Shown: positions 1 to 8,375 of the stretch, piece after piece
How the letters are laid out: the number at the start of each line of letters is the position of its first letter
Position numbering within the stretch: the stretch's first letter is position 1
Assembly (NCBI GenBank): GCA_037441705.1
Contig: JBBIRR010000032.1
Span: 1 to 48,951, forward strand
DNA from: Ignavibacteriales bacterium
GTDB lineage: Bacteria; Bacteroidota; Ignavibacteria; UBA10030; UBA6906
Reading direction: 5' to 3'
DNA: 48,951 nucleotides
The notes under the pieces: model-generated
What the model was told of the DNA's origin: nothing
Databases searched by the model: none
Seen by the model: only the letters and a program-made list of their open reading frames with translations
Program-made: the position numbers and the translations under genes

Positions 1-90
1 GGGCATCATCGCGAAGGGAAACAAACGGATCCACGCTAGAGGCGGAGGTGTGAAGCCACGGATACCAAGCAATCGTTCAACGCTAGCTTA

Positions 91-750
91 TCAACGCAAA
101 TTGTGAGAGAAAAAAAAACAGCGAAATCGAATGGGGCAGGTGTTGCAGAGGGGTCTTCGAGGCTTGCAAATGATAGACGCAAAATCAAGAAGAGCTAAGT
201 TTGCATCTCTAGGTTTCTTGCATTGGCTGTAGGCTTTGGAAAGACCAATGATTACCTTATCACGGCGCCCTTCGTTCCCTGTCTTCAAGTCAAAAAACCG
301 TTTGAAAAGCCTGACCACATTCGCATCAACGATCCACTCCTTCTTTCTAAAGGCAATGGACAGCACCGCGCCTGCAATGTAGTCACCGACACCTGGCAAC
401 AAAAGCAACTGCCTCCTCGTTCGTGGGACCCCGCCACTAAATTCGCGCATGAGCTCACGTGCCAGCAATCTGAACTTTGGCACGCGCCATCTTAAGCCAA
501 GTGGCATAAGTATCTTACGCACCGTAGCCGGGTTAGCCTTAGCGAGATGAGAAGGTTTCTTGAACTCTCGGAAGAAGTTTCTATAGACGTGCTCCACCTG
601 ATCAGCTTTCGTTCTCTGTAGCATCATTTCGGCAATGAGAACTTTCCATGGATCATGAGTTCGTCGCCACGGATAATCTCGTTTATTGGCTCTGAACCAC
701 CTTAAGAGTCGGCGGCGGACAAAACCAATCTTCGTCCGATCAACGATCAT
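91..750 (-). CDS. HhH-GPD base-excision glycosylase with FeS cluster (MutY/Mig-like, probable T:G or A:G mismatch glycosylase)
   Basis: PWR..DPWKVLIAEMMLQRT N-terminus, HhH motif LLLLPGVGDYIA, catalytic VDANVVR and C-terminal C-x6-C-x2-C-x5-C (CKPRRPLCNTCPIRFRC). Only 219 aa, so no MutY NUDIX-like C-domain. Overlaps the methyltransferase stop. Confidence 0.9.
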   Translation of the reverse strand: MIVDRTKIGFVRRRLLRWFRANKRDYPWRRTHDPWKVLIAEMMLQRTKADQVEHVYRNFFREFKKPSHLAKANPATVRKILMPLGLRWRVPKFRLLARELMREFSGGVPRTRRQLLLLPGVGDYIAGAVLSIAFRKKEWIVDANVVRLFKRFFDLKTGNEGRRDKVIIGLSKAYSQCKKPRDANLALLDFASIICKPRRPLCNTCPIRFRCFFFSHNLR

Positions 751-2125
751 ATATTTTCCTTAATTCAGAAAGCAGAACCTTGGCTACGGCGCGAGCCATT
801 CGTGGTGGCACAGCATTTCCTACCTGCTTGAATTGTTCTGTCCTCGGTCCTTCAAACAAAAAGTTATCCGGAAAAGACTGGCAGCGAGCTGCTTCCCTCA
901 CCGTAAATGATCGACACTGGTGAATGTCCGGGTGGATATAGTAATGACCGTCCTTAGCTATATGCGCCATCAGTGTGCTACTCGGTCTTGTCCACCACTG
1001 CACTTTGAATCTATCAATGAACTTGTCTAAGTGCTCATGGTCAGGTGTTAGCTCTGGCCTATCCCGCAGTAGGTCAGCCAATGTGGCGCGTTTGTCACCA
1101 TTCAGGTGATGCTCAATAAAAAACCTGTATCGATCAAGATCACTTTGCATATGGATCCGCGCACGATGGTTACAGACCCCTGCTGAATTCTTTCGCATCT
1201 GGGCTTGATAAGGTTTTACACCTTTGCTTGCAGGATATGGTCCAAACCATCGGTCACTGCCTTCCCCCGGCCTTAACTCAGGAAGATCACTAATGGCATC
1301 GTCAACATGCAGTTCAATGGATTGTTCTTGGTCTTTCAAGGCACGAAAAACATTCCTGACGGTTTGACTTTTCTTTGTCAGGGCTTTCCTGTAGCCAATT
1401 AGGAGAATGCGACGCCTTCGCTGTGGCACCAAGAACTTGGAGCTATCTAGGAGATAACCATGGGGGTTTGTACGGAATTCATCATAACTTGGGGCTACCT
1501 CATAAGCAGGGTGAATGGACGCAAAGTCTTTTAACATCCTCCCAAAAATATCCTTTCCTCCGGATACTGCACTGAGCAATCCTGGGACGTTTTCGAGCAC
1601 AAAAAAATCTGGCTGAAAACCTTCTAGAACGTCGAGATAGTATCTGTACAAGAAATGTCGATCATCGTTCTGCATGCGGTTGGGGTCTCGTGATCGGCCA
1701 ACGAGAGAATATGCCTGGCAGGGAGGACCGCCAAGCAGGATGTGTATTCGCTTAACACCTTGAGTCTTTAGCGCGATTCTTACGGAGGAAATGATCTGAC
1801 TGTACGGGTCCTTGCCGAATTCCCTTTGCACTACCTTGCACTCCATTTTATCCGATATATCTGAGAATGTCGTCCTGATGTCCTCACGTGAGACCTGCCC
1901 TCGTACGTAACGATGATACCAGGAGACCTTTTGCTTATTGGTAAGCGCATAAAACATTATCCTTGTGCGTAGACTTTCACAGGCCCATCGGTCTCGTTCA
2001 AGATAGGCTACCACATTAAAACCGGCGTTGGTGAATCCCTCACTCAGGCCGCCGCATCCGGCGAAAAGATCTACTGCTGTAAATCGATCATTCTCGCTGC
2101 TATCCCAAACGGCCATGATTTTCAA
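740..2125 (-). CDS. DNA (cytosine-5) methyltransferase
   Basis: Motif I DLFAGCGG, IV GGPPCQ, VI ENVPGL, VIII QRRRRI, IX RSFTVREAARCQSFP, X QVGNAVPP. Confidence 0.97.
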   Translation of the reverse strand: MKIMAVWDSSENDRFTAVDLFAGCGGLSEGFTNAGFNVVAYLERDRWACESLRTRIMFYALTNKQKVSWYHRYVRGQVSREDIRTTFSDISDKMECKVVQREFGKDPYSQIISSVRIALKTQGVKRIHILLGGPPCQAYSLVGRSRDPNRMQNDDRHFLYRYYLDVLEGFQPDFFVLENVPGLLSAVSGGKDIFGRMLKDFASIHPAYEVAPSYDEFRTNPHGYLLDSSKFLVPQRRRRILLIGYRKALTKKSQTVRNVFRALKDQEQSIELHVDDAISDLPELRPGEGSDRWFGPYPASKGVKPYQAQMRKNSAGVCNHRARIHMQSDLDRYRFFIEHHLNGDKRATLADLLRDRPELTPDHEHLDKFIDRFKVQWWTRPSSTLMAHIAKDGHYYIHPDIHQCRSFTVREAARCQSFPDNFLFEGPRTEQFKQVGNAVPPRMARAVAKVLLSELRKIYDR

Positions 2126-2134
2126 TTCTGTATA

Positions 2135-2845
2135 TTATCTGATCCATGGTTGGAATTCTTCGGGCAACAATGCGATGATTGCATCTGGAGTCATGGAATG
2201 AACATCGTAAGTCAGTTCTAACTGCTCAGCTACCTTCCGCAAACGCCTGAGGGTTCCTGCCCTGTTGCGATCTGTAGCTCCGCGCTTTGGTCTTTGAGCC
2301 TTTTCGTCCCAGTAGAGCTTATGAGCAACCTGAACCAGGGGAACACTGCTGATGAACCATTGGCGTGAGGCAATTTGCTCGATGAAGTCACTCAGCTCGT
2401 ATGGTACTCCCCACAGGAACAGTTTCGAATTCTGCTCCCCGAGCGATGAATAGATGTCATAGTTTGCAAGGATGTAATGGCGGTAATAATCGCGCCAATC
2501 GGTGCTGCAGATATATCTCGCAGTCTCATTCACTTTTCTCTTCCCATCTACTAGCGGGCAAATCGTGTCGAACCAGATGCATGCAAGCCAGGTCCACATT
2601 CCGTGATGCTCTACAACATCTCTCCTGCTCAGCCCGGCCCGTTCAAACACGCTGGATAGGTATCTCGCCATTTCGACTCTGCTTCTAAACTGTCGAGTCT
2701 CGTCTATTTCCACAGGGGTGAAAAACGGCCTTGAATCCTCAGCCGAATCCAACCTTATGGGCGGCAAATCAGGATGTTGTTTTACGGAAAGAATGTAATC
2801 TCTGTAGCGACGTATTCCTTGATCCGTAAGTTCCCTTAGTATCAT
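2135..2845 (-). CDS. Hypothetical protein (236 aa) in the methyltransferase operon
   Basis: Long ORF, 4-bp overlap with upstream gene, 9-bp gap to the methyltransferase; no motif recognised. Confidence 0.8.
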   Translation of the reverse strand: MILRELTDQGIRRYRDYILSVKQHPDLPPIRLDSAEDSRPFFTPVEIDETRQFRSRVEMARYLSSVFERAGLSRRDVVEHHGMWTWLACIWFDTICPLVDGKRKVNETARYICSTDWRDYYRHYILANYDIYSSLGEQNSKLFLWGVPYELSDFIEQIASRQWFISSVPLVQVAHKLYWDEKAQRPKRGATDRNRAGTLRRLRKVAEQLELTYDVHSMTPDAIIALLPEEFQPWIR

Positions 2846-3639
2846 GATTGCCTCTCTTCACCTTCGAGTTTTGAGATTAATTGAGGCCATTCTCTTCGCG
2901 AGGAACAGAATTCCTCAACGACGCTATTAATCCATTTTTCAACTTCCTCCTCATCAAAGTTTTCTTCGTCACGTGGGTCAAGAACGCGCGGTGGTGCGCA
3001 GCCGGAAAGGATCATCCTTGCAAACTGCAACCACTCGGCATGCCAGTCGGCTTCGGGGTCATCCACATCACTGATGCCATCAACGAAGACCATATGCGCC
3101 AACACTTCCCTGATTACCGCCGGATAGACAAAGAACAGGAAAAGAGGGTCTGACTTTGCAAAACTCTGGATATTCGGTAAGCTTCTAGTGACGTAGAGTA
3201 CTGGCGCTCCTCCATCTCCCGTATATTCAACCTTCCAGATCTGCTGCCCCAGATCGCGACTGAAATCCACAGGCAGGATTGGTTTTCTTTCTCCCTCTGG
3301 AATCGGACTTATCCGGTCTGCCTGAGCAAGAACCAGCCCGTACGTACCTCGTTCATCCACAACCAGCAGTCGAAACTTGAGATTCTCAGTGCGCGCAAGG
3401 TCTACAAGACTAGTGTCATGAGGGGTACTTTTTGCCCCGACAGTCCCGAAAGAATACCGCCTCTGATCGGTTCGATGATAAGCCTCAAAGTAGACTCTCG
3501 CATCGTTGGGAAGTTGAAACTCTGACAGGTCGAACGTTGCCGTGAACGATCTGGCAGCCCCATTTTTTCTGTTGAGAAGGACAGTGATCTTTCGACGTTG
3601 AATTTTTTGCCTACCCGTGAAGTTAAGACTGCGTTTCAT
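2842..3639 (-). CDS. Hypothetical protein (265 aa)
   Basis: ATG preceded by GGAGG on the - strand, overlaps both neighbours; no motif recognised. Confidence 0.8.
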   Translation of the reverse strand: MKRSLNFTGRQKIQRRKITVLLNRKNGAARSFTATFDLSEFQLPNDARVYFEAYHRTDQRRYSFGTVGAKSTPHDTSLVDLARTENLKFRLLVVDERGTYGLVLAQADRISPIPEGERKPILPVDFSRDLGQQIWKVEYTGDGGAPVLYVTRSLPNIQSFAKSDPLFLFFVYPAVIREVLAHMVFVDGISDVDDPEADWHAEWLQFARMILSGCAPPRVLDPRDEENFDEEEVEKWINSVVEEFCSSRREWPQLISKLEGEERQS

Positions 3640-5452
3640 AGGCTACCTCCCTTACATGAACTACCAGGTCGCGTTTCGTATCAAATCCTCTAATCTCCAG
3701 AGAGAAGTCCGAATTCGTCACCTCAAATTCAACTATGTTGCGCGTTGCACTTGATATGCTGCACCCTGAGTTTGCAATTCGTATTGCTCCAGTTGAAAGA
3801 TCAAAATCACTTGGCTCATACTGCTTGAACGGGTTGCCTCTTCGGACATCGTAAGCCAGTTTCAATACCCCTTTCGCCGGTAATTCCTTTTCTCTTCTTG
3901 CCAAGTTCAGTCTTACTCCATCTTCCAGTCTTGTTATCCTGAAAACTGTAGGACGTCGCTCAATCGGCGGTATATCTGTCTCCTTCGCACTTTCCTCTTC
4001 TTCTGGAACGTCAACTGGTCGAATTATGTAGAAAATATCTTTAAGGAAGTCTTTCTGCCTTTCCTTTGGGGGTAAATCCAGCAGGTTAACGAGATTCTCC
4101 ACGCTTTTCTTTATGAATCTCAGCAACGGAACGGCATTGGAGTACTTTTCCTTGAAGCCCTCGGTTTTGTCGTTCCATTGCGTGTGCGCGGGGGTTTCAC
4201 AATCACCCAAGAAAGCGTTAATGGCACTATCTTGAGCTATGAATAACGCTCGAACAGGTCTACTCTTAGGAGTTGACGCATCAACCACCGTAATGCCTGA
4301 CCTCACGTAATATTCCTGTGATTTTTTCAATGTCCCATCTCTCTGCAGGTAAACGTAAAAAAACGACCTCTCTCTTCCCCTTCCGACCTTTTCGACGTAC
4401 ACAGGCACCCTAAAAGCAACGAGTTCCCCGGACTGAAAATCTTCCCTCGATTGATTTATACTGTCGCCAAAAGAAGATTCGTCGATCACTAGACTCTCAG
4501 CACAGGATTCGGGTAACTCCACCCATTCATTTGTTGCGATACATTTCTGAATGAAGTTCAGAAAAACCCGCACATTTGTGTGTTTCCAGTCTGTTCCTTC
4601 CCAGTCCTCTTCTTCAGCGCATTGAATAAGATTGTCCGACTGCAATTGCACGGTTCCATCCTCGTCCTCAATTTCGATTTCGAGCTGGCCGGTCATGATA
4701 GCGTAAAAGTAATGGTAAATCGCGGAGCGAACCACAGAGCTTCTGTCTATTTCCCCATGAGGCATAGGAATGATGAGGGAGAAACCCGGTTCATTGCCGC
4801 GGCTAAGCCTGAAGGTCCTGGTGATTTTTGATATTCTCTCAGCATCTTCAATTGGCCTGAATCGATCGTCAACATAATAAGCATAGTAATGGTATGTCCT
4901 ATCGTTAAGTCGGTGACATTTCAGAAGTGCTTTACCCATCAGCAGCTTTCGTCCATCGTCATGTCTTACGGTTAGTCCCCAGAAAGCACGCAGGTTCGAC
5001 GCCATGTGGAAGGTCGTCTTTCCCAGTCCCCATCGGCCAGCTTCCTGGCCTTTTTTCGATGATTTCCCCTCACACCACCAGAAGTTATAAAAATTCTGCC
5101 TGTTGGTAGGCCTCAAATCCTCTCCTGTTTGTCCATCCAGTCCTGTTGTTCCGAAATCCTCGATGGCCATGTATGGCACTGAGTTGCGGTTGTTGTACTC
5201 ATCGTCCCGTATCCCACAAGCTCTTATGTGCTTCTTGAATTCCTCTCCAAGTAGCGTGTCCAAGATTCTCCCGTCGACTTCACGCAAGATGAATCGAACC
5301 CTGACCTTGTTGCTATCTCTGCGCTTGGCGTCAAGCGAATTCTGTATGAACTCGCGAACTATTGCCTCCGTAGCATTAGTTAGACGGAAGAATTCGGCCT
5401 CGTGAGGATCTCTTTCAGGTTCGCCCTGCCTGAGTTCAGTGAACTTCCACAT
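3623..5452 (-). CDS. GHKL (Bergerat fold; MutL/MORC/Hsp90-like) ATPase-domain protein with unknown C-terminal region
   Basis: N-box VREFIQNSLDA, G1 IEDFGTTGLDG, G2 SSKKGQEAGRWGLGK. Acidic linker (PEEEESAKETD) before a predicted beta-rich C-terminus. Confidence 0.75.
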   Translation of the reverse strand: MWKFTELRQGEPERDPHEAEFFRLTNATEAIVREFIQNSLDAKRRDSNKVRVRFILREVDGRILDTLLGEEFKKHIRACGIRDDEYNNRNSVPYMAIEDFGTTGLDGQTGEDLRPTNRQNFYNFWWCEGKSSKKGQEAGRWGLGKTTFHMASNLRAFWGLTVRHDDGRKLLMGKALLKCHRLNDRTYHYYAYYVDDRFRPIEDAERISKITRTFRLSRGNEPGFSLIIPMPHGEIDRSSVVRSAIYHYFYAIMTGQLEIEIEDEDGTVQLQSDNLIQCAEEEDWEGTDWKHTNVRVFLNFIQKCIATNEWVELPESCAESLVIDESSFGDSINQSREDFQSGELVAFRVPVYVEKVGRGRERSFFYVYLQRDGTLKKSQEYYVRSGITVVDASTPKSRPVRALFIAQDSAINAFLGDCETPAHTQWNDKTEGFKEKYSNAVPLLRFIKKSVENLVNLLDLPPKERQKDFLKDIFYIIRPVDVPEEEESAKETDIPPIERRPTVFRITRLEDGVRLNLARREKELPAKGVLKLAYDVRRGNPFKQYEPSDFDLSTGAIRIANSGCSISSATRNIVEFEVTNSDFSLEIRGFDTKRDLVVHVREVAYETQS

Positions 5453-5462
5453 GCGACCACCT

Positions 5463-5738
5463 CTAGTTTTCTTGGATTATTTCTTCTGCGATTTCACCGA
5501 GCAGCCAATCTTTGTTGGCGTCATCTTGTTCCTCAAAGCACTGCTGGTATCGTCGCAACAACTCCTCACGCGACATTTTCCTGAGACGTTTTCTGTACTC
5601 GTCGGCAACAATTTGCATCACAATCATCTTGAGGTCACCGTGATCACCACAATACTCTTCAATCAAATCATCGACAGCCCAAGGATTGCCGATCTCTATA
5701 GACCCTCTAATTTCTTTCTCAAGAGCGGCAACATTCAT
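5463..5738 (-). CDS. Small acidic helical hypothetical protein (91 aa)
   Basis: AAGGAG RBS before ATG; fills the gap between vapC and the GHKL gene. Confidence 0.6.
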   Translation of the reverse strand: MNVAALEKEIRGSIEIGNPWAVDDLIEEYCGDHGDLKMIVMQIVADEYRKRLRKMSREELLRRYQQCFEEQDDANKDWLLGEIAEEIIQEN

Positions 5739-5766
5739 ACTTTCGTCTCCTTATTCTTTGAAACTG

Positions 5767-6180
5767 CTATTCTGTTTCCCCCAACCACACAATCTTCTTC
5801 AGCTCTCGTGCGAGCGGTTTGAAGTCCCTGTCGCCGGTTACCAACACGGCTTTCATCTGCTTTGTCAGTGCGGCGCAAAAAGAGTCCACAAGCGAAATGC
5901 GATGGTCGGCTTTGAGCCGCGCAGCGAGTTCGGCAAGATCGCGGTCGATCTCCTTCACGGCAAGCGGAGTTTCGCGCTCGAATTGTCTTGCCGCCTTCAC
6001 ACCCTCTTCTCCCTGAATGCGTTGAACACAATGGAGAACCTCTGCCCAGTTCACTGCAGAGATGTAAACTTCCCGCTGTTGGTCGGCAGCGTGAGCAAGA
6101 ATCTGCTCGACCTGTCCGGCGGCGGGTTCATCAAACAGCAGCGCAAGCACTGCCGAGCTATCGAAGACCGTATTTGCCAA
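5767..6180 (-). CDS. vapC: PIN-domain toxin (VapC family)
   Basis: VFDSSAVLA, ISAVNWAEV, SLVDSFCAA and VLVTGDRDF carry the PIN acidic residues. Confidence 0.92.
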   Translation of the reverse strand: MANTVFDSSAVLALLFDEPAAGQVEQILAHAADQQREVYISAVNWAEVLHCVQRIQGEEGVKAARQFERETPLAVKEIDRDLAELAARLKADHRISLVDSFCAALTKQMKAVLVTGDRDFKPLARELKKIVWLGETE

Positions 6181-6439
6181 GTTTTTCCTCTTCTTTCTTC
6201 ACGTCTTCCCTGCGGCTCTCCAGTAACTGCTGCGTTGCCGGTTTCATGCCGGGTTTCAGTTTCAGAATGCCCCTGAATTTTCTCACGGACTCACCCGTGA
6301 TCGGCTTCAGGACAATTTCAAACTTCTCCTCATCAACCTCAAGTTTGAACCTCGTTCCTTCCTGGATGCCGAATTTCTTTCGGATGGATGCGGGGATAAC
6401 GATCTGACCTTTTGTCCTTGCGATGGTTTCCATTTTCAA
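6158..6439 (-). CDS. AbrB/MazE/SpoVT-family antitoxin (start may be ATG at 6433)
   Basis: TKGQIVIPASIRKKFGI swapped-hairpin motif; overlaps the vapC start. Confidence 0.9.
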   Translation of the reverse strand: MKMETIARTKGQIVIPASIRKKFGIQEGTRFKLEVDEEKFEIVLKPITGESVRKFRGILKLKPGMKPATQQLLESRREDVKKEEEKLGKYGLR

Positions 6440-6465
6440 TTTCCTTCTTAAAGGTGAGCGTGGGA

Positions 6466-6494
6466 AATATACTCTATCTCCTACCTAATGTCAA
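6466..6494 (-). promoter_or_regulatory. Sigma70 promoter for the TA-GHKL-methylase operon
   Basis: On the - strand: TTGACA (6494-6489), 17 nt, TATATT (6471-6466). Confidence 0.8.
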
Positions 6495-6680
6495 GAGTCA
6501 GAAACTATAGCAGTCGTCCGACTACTATCGTGAGGTAAGAAATAGATTCTGAGGGGACCGGCTTCCGGGAAACTTTGTAGAGCCTGCGGTCCGGGTTCGT
6601 TTGCCCGCCTCCCGCAAGCGGTGGCTTGTTCTTGTCGCCCGAGAGGTTGGGCGCCGAGGAGCGACTGGAGGTTATGGGGG

Positions 6681-6717
6681 GCAGAATTATTCTTGCAAGA
6701 TTGTTTATCTTGGACCG
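6681..6717 (+). repeat. Left copy of a 37-bp imperfect direct repeat bracketing the REP/transposase module
   Basis: GCAGAATTATTCTTGCAAGATTGTTTATCTTGGACCG matches 7842-7878 at 31/37 positions (hand alignment). Confidence 0.8.
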
Positions 6718-6723
6718 AGCTGA

Positions 6724-6982
6724 CATTCAACCCCTTTGGGGTTGGCTATCCCCGTGTCTGTTCTATTTCCGTCCGTCTCCTCACGGACGGTTATTCATGT
6801 TCAATCCCTTCGGGATTGACAGGATTGTTCGTCGAGCCTGACATGTTCAATCCCTTCGGGATTGGCCGGATTGCTTGTCACCATCGAGAGGGTTCAATGT
6901 GAGGATGGCAGTCTCACGTTCTGCTCTGATCCCTCGCTTTCATGGCGGGCCGTTAATCCTGTTCAATCCCTTCGGGATTGAC
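6724..6982 (-). repeat. REP-like hairpins, left group (4 copies)
   Basis: CAACCCCTTTGGGGTTG at 6728. GTTCAATCCCTTCGGGATTG at ~6799, 6845 and 6961. GTTATTCATGTT at 6790 is the reverse complement of the linker in the right group. Confidence 0.85.
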
Positions 6983-7011
6983 AGGATGGTTGGTCGATCA
7001 GGAAGGAGTCA

Positions 7012-7344
7012 ATTGTGCGAAGCACGGAGTCGACACAAGTAGCAACGCAAGCGTCAACCCCGAGGGGTTCAACATGAATAACTGCAGGGAGTCCAGAAGA
7101 AGACACCCAACACACCCATCAAACCCCGAAGGCGCATAACATGACTGACTGCGCGAAGCGCGGAGTCGATACCGGTAGCAACGCAAGCGTCAACCCCGAA
7201 GGGGCATAACATGAATGACTGGGCGAAGCATACAGCCGATCCCGGTGTGATCGTCAACCCCGAAGGGGTTCAACATGAATAACTGCACGAAGTGCAGAAG
7301 AAGACACCCAACACACTCAACAAACCCCGAAGGGGTTTAATATC
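7012..7344 (+). repeat. REP-like tandem array, right group (5 copies, ~64-69 bp period)
   Basis: Consensus AACCCCGAAGGGGTTCAACATGAATAAC at ~7053, 7120, 7189, 7253 and 7321. A second GAA-loop hairpin (e.g. CTGCACGAAGTGCAG) lies between copies. Confidence 0.9.
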
Positions 7345-7791
7345 ATGAGCACCTACACACAAATCCTATATCAAATCGTCTTCGGCACGAAGTATCACGA
7401 AAAGACACTCGTTGCAAGCGGGCGCGATGATCTCTTTCGTTACATCAGCGGCATACTAAAGAACAAGAAGTGTCACCTTTACAGGATCAACGGCGTGGAA
7501 GACCATCTCCACATCATAACGCATCTTCATCCATCAGTTGCACTTGCAGATCTCATCAAAGATATCAAGCTTGCTTCTACCGACTACATCAAGAAGAACC
7601 ACATCTTCCCCCGCTTCAGAGGCTGGCAAGACGGCTATGGAGCCTTTACATACTCCATCGAAGCCAAAGACCGATTGATCGAGTACGTGAAGAATCAACA
7701 AGAACACCATCGGGTGAAAACGTACAGAGAGGAGGTTGTAGAACTCCTGAAGGAGCACGGGATTGAGTATGATGAACAGTATTTGCTGTAG
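7345..7791 (+). mobile_element. tnpA: Y1 HUH transposase (IS200/IS605 TnpA, REP-associated RAYT-like)
   Basis: YQIVFGTK, HUH motif EDHLHI, WQDGYGAFTYS and catalytic Tyr in YVKNQ; no tnpB; adjacent hairpin repeats. Confidence 0.92.
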
Positions 7792-7841
7792 GCTCTGAGC
7801 TGTTTATTCAACTCGATTGCAAGCAGGGTCGGTAGATCTAT

Positions 7842-7878
7842 GCAGGATTATACTCACAAGTTTGTTTATCTTTGACCG
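7842..7878 (+). repeat. Right copy of the 37-bp direct repeat; may include a -10-like TATCTT for the downstream YciI gene
   Basis: GCAGGATTATACTCACAAGTTTGTTTATCTTTGACCG versus 6681-6717. Confidence 0.75.
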
Positions 7879-7918
7879 TCGTTCTCATCTCTTCGAAAGA
7901 CAATCGCGAGAGGAATTC

Positions 7919-8281
7919 ATGAAATACCTCTGCCTCATCTACCTCGACGAAAAACTCTTAGAGGCGATGCCCGCCGAGCAGTACAACGGCGTCGTGCGTC
8001 AGTGTCTTGAGTACGAAAAAGAGGTAGCGAAGAAAGGAGGGCTGCTCGCCGTTGAGGCTCTCGAGCCGACGCAGACAGCAACCACCGTACGTGTGCGCAG
8101 CGGCAAACGCACCGTCACCGACGGACCCTTTGCCGAAACGAAGGAGCAATTAGCGGGATTCTTCCTCATTGACGCCCCCGACCTCAACGGCGCCATCACC
8201 ATAGCCGAAGGAATGCCTCAGGCTCAAATCGGCAGTATCGAAATCCGACCGATCAAAGACCTGACGAAGCATCTAAAATAA
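7919..8281 (+). CDS. YciI/DGPF-family protein
   Basis: MKYLCLIY start after GAGG, VTDGPFAETKEQLAGFF. Confidence 0.92.
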   Translation: MKYLCLIYLDEKLLEAMPAEQYNGVVRQCLEYEKEVAKKGGLLAVEALEPTQTATTVRVRSGKRTVTDGPFAETKEQLAGFFLIDAPDLNGAITIAEGMPQAQIGSIEIRPIKDLTKHLK

Positions 8282-8294
8282 TTTTGAAACTCCC

Positions 8295-8323
8295 TGTCGA
8301 TTTTCCTCTCCCCAATTCGACTA
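8295..8323 (+). promoter_or_regulatory. Putative ECF42-type sigma promoter
   Basis: TGTCGA-N17-CGACTA upstream of a DGPF gene; same motif and spacing at 14323. Confidence 0.6.
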
Positions 8324-8375
8324 AGGAGTGAAGAGATCAGATCAGATTTTCCAGGCAAAACCAAAGAGAAAAGTT

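Noticed and set aside
7012-7344. CRISPR array
   Set aside because: The repeats are degenerate, the spacer-like segments recur and contain their own conserved hairpin, no cas genes are present, and an HUH transposase is adjacent. REP-like repeats fit better.
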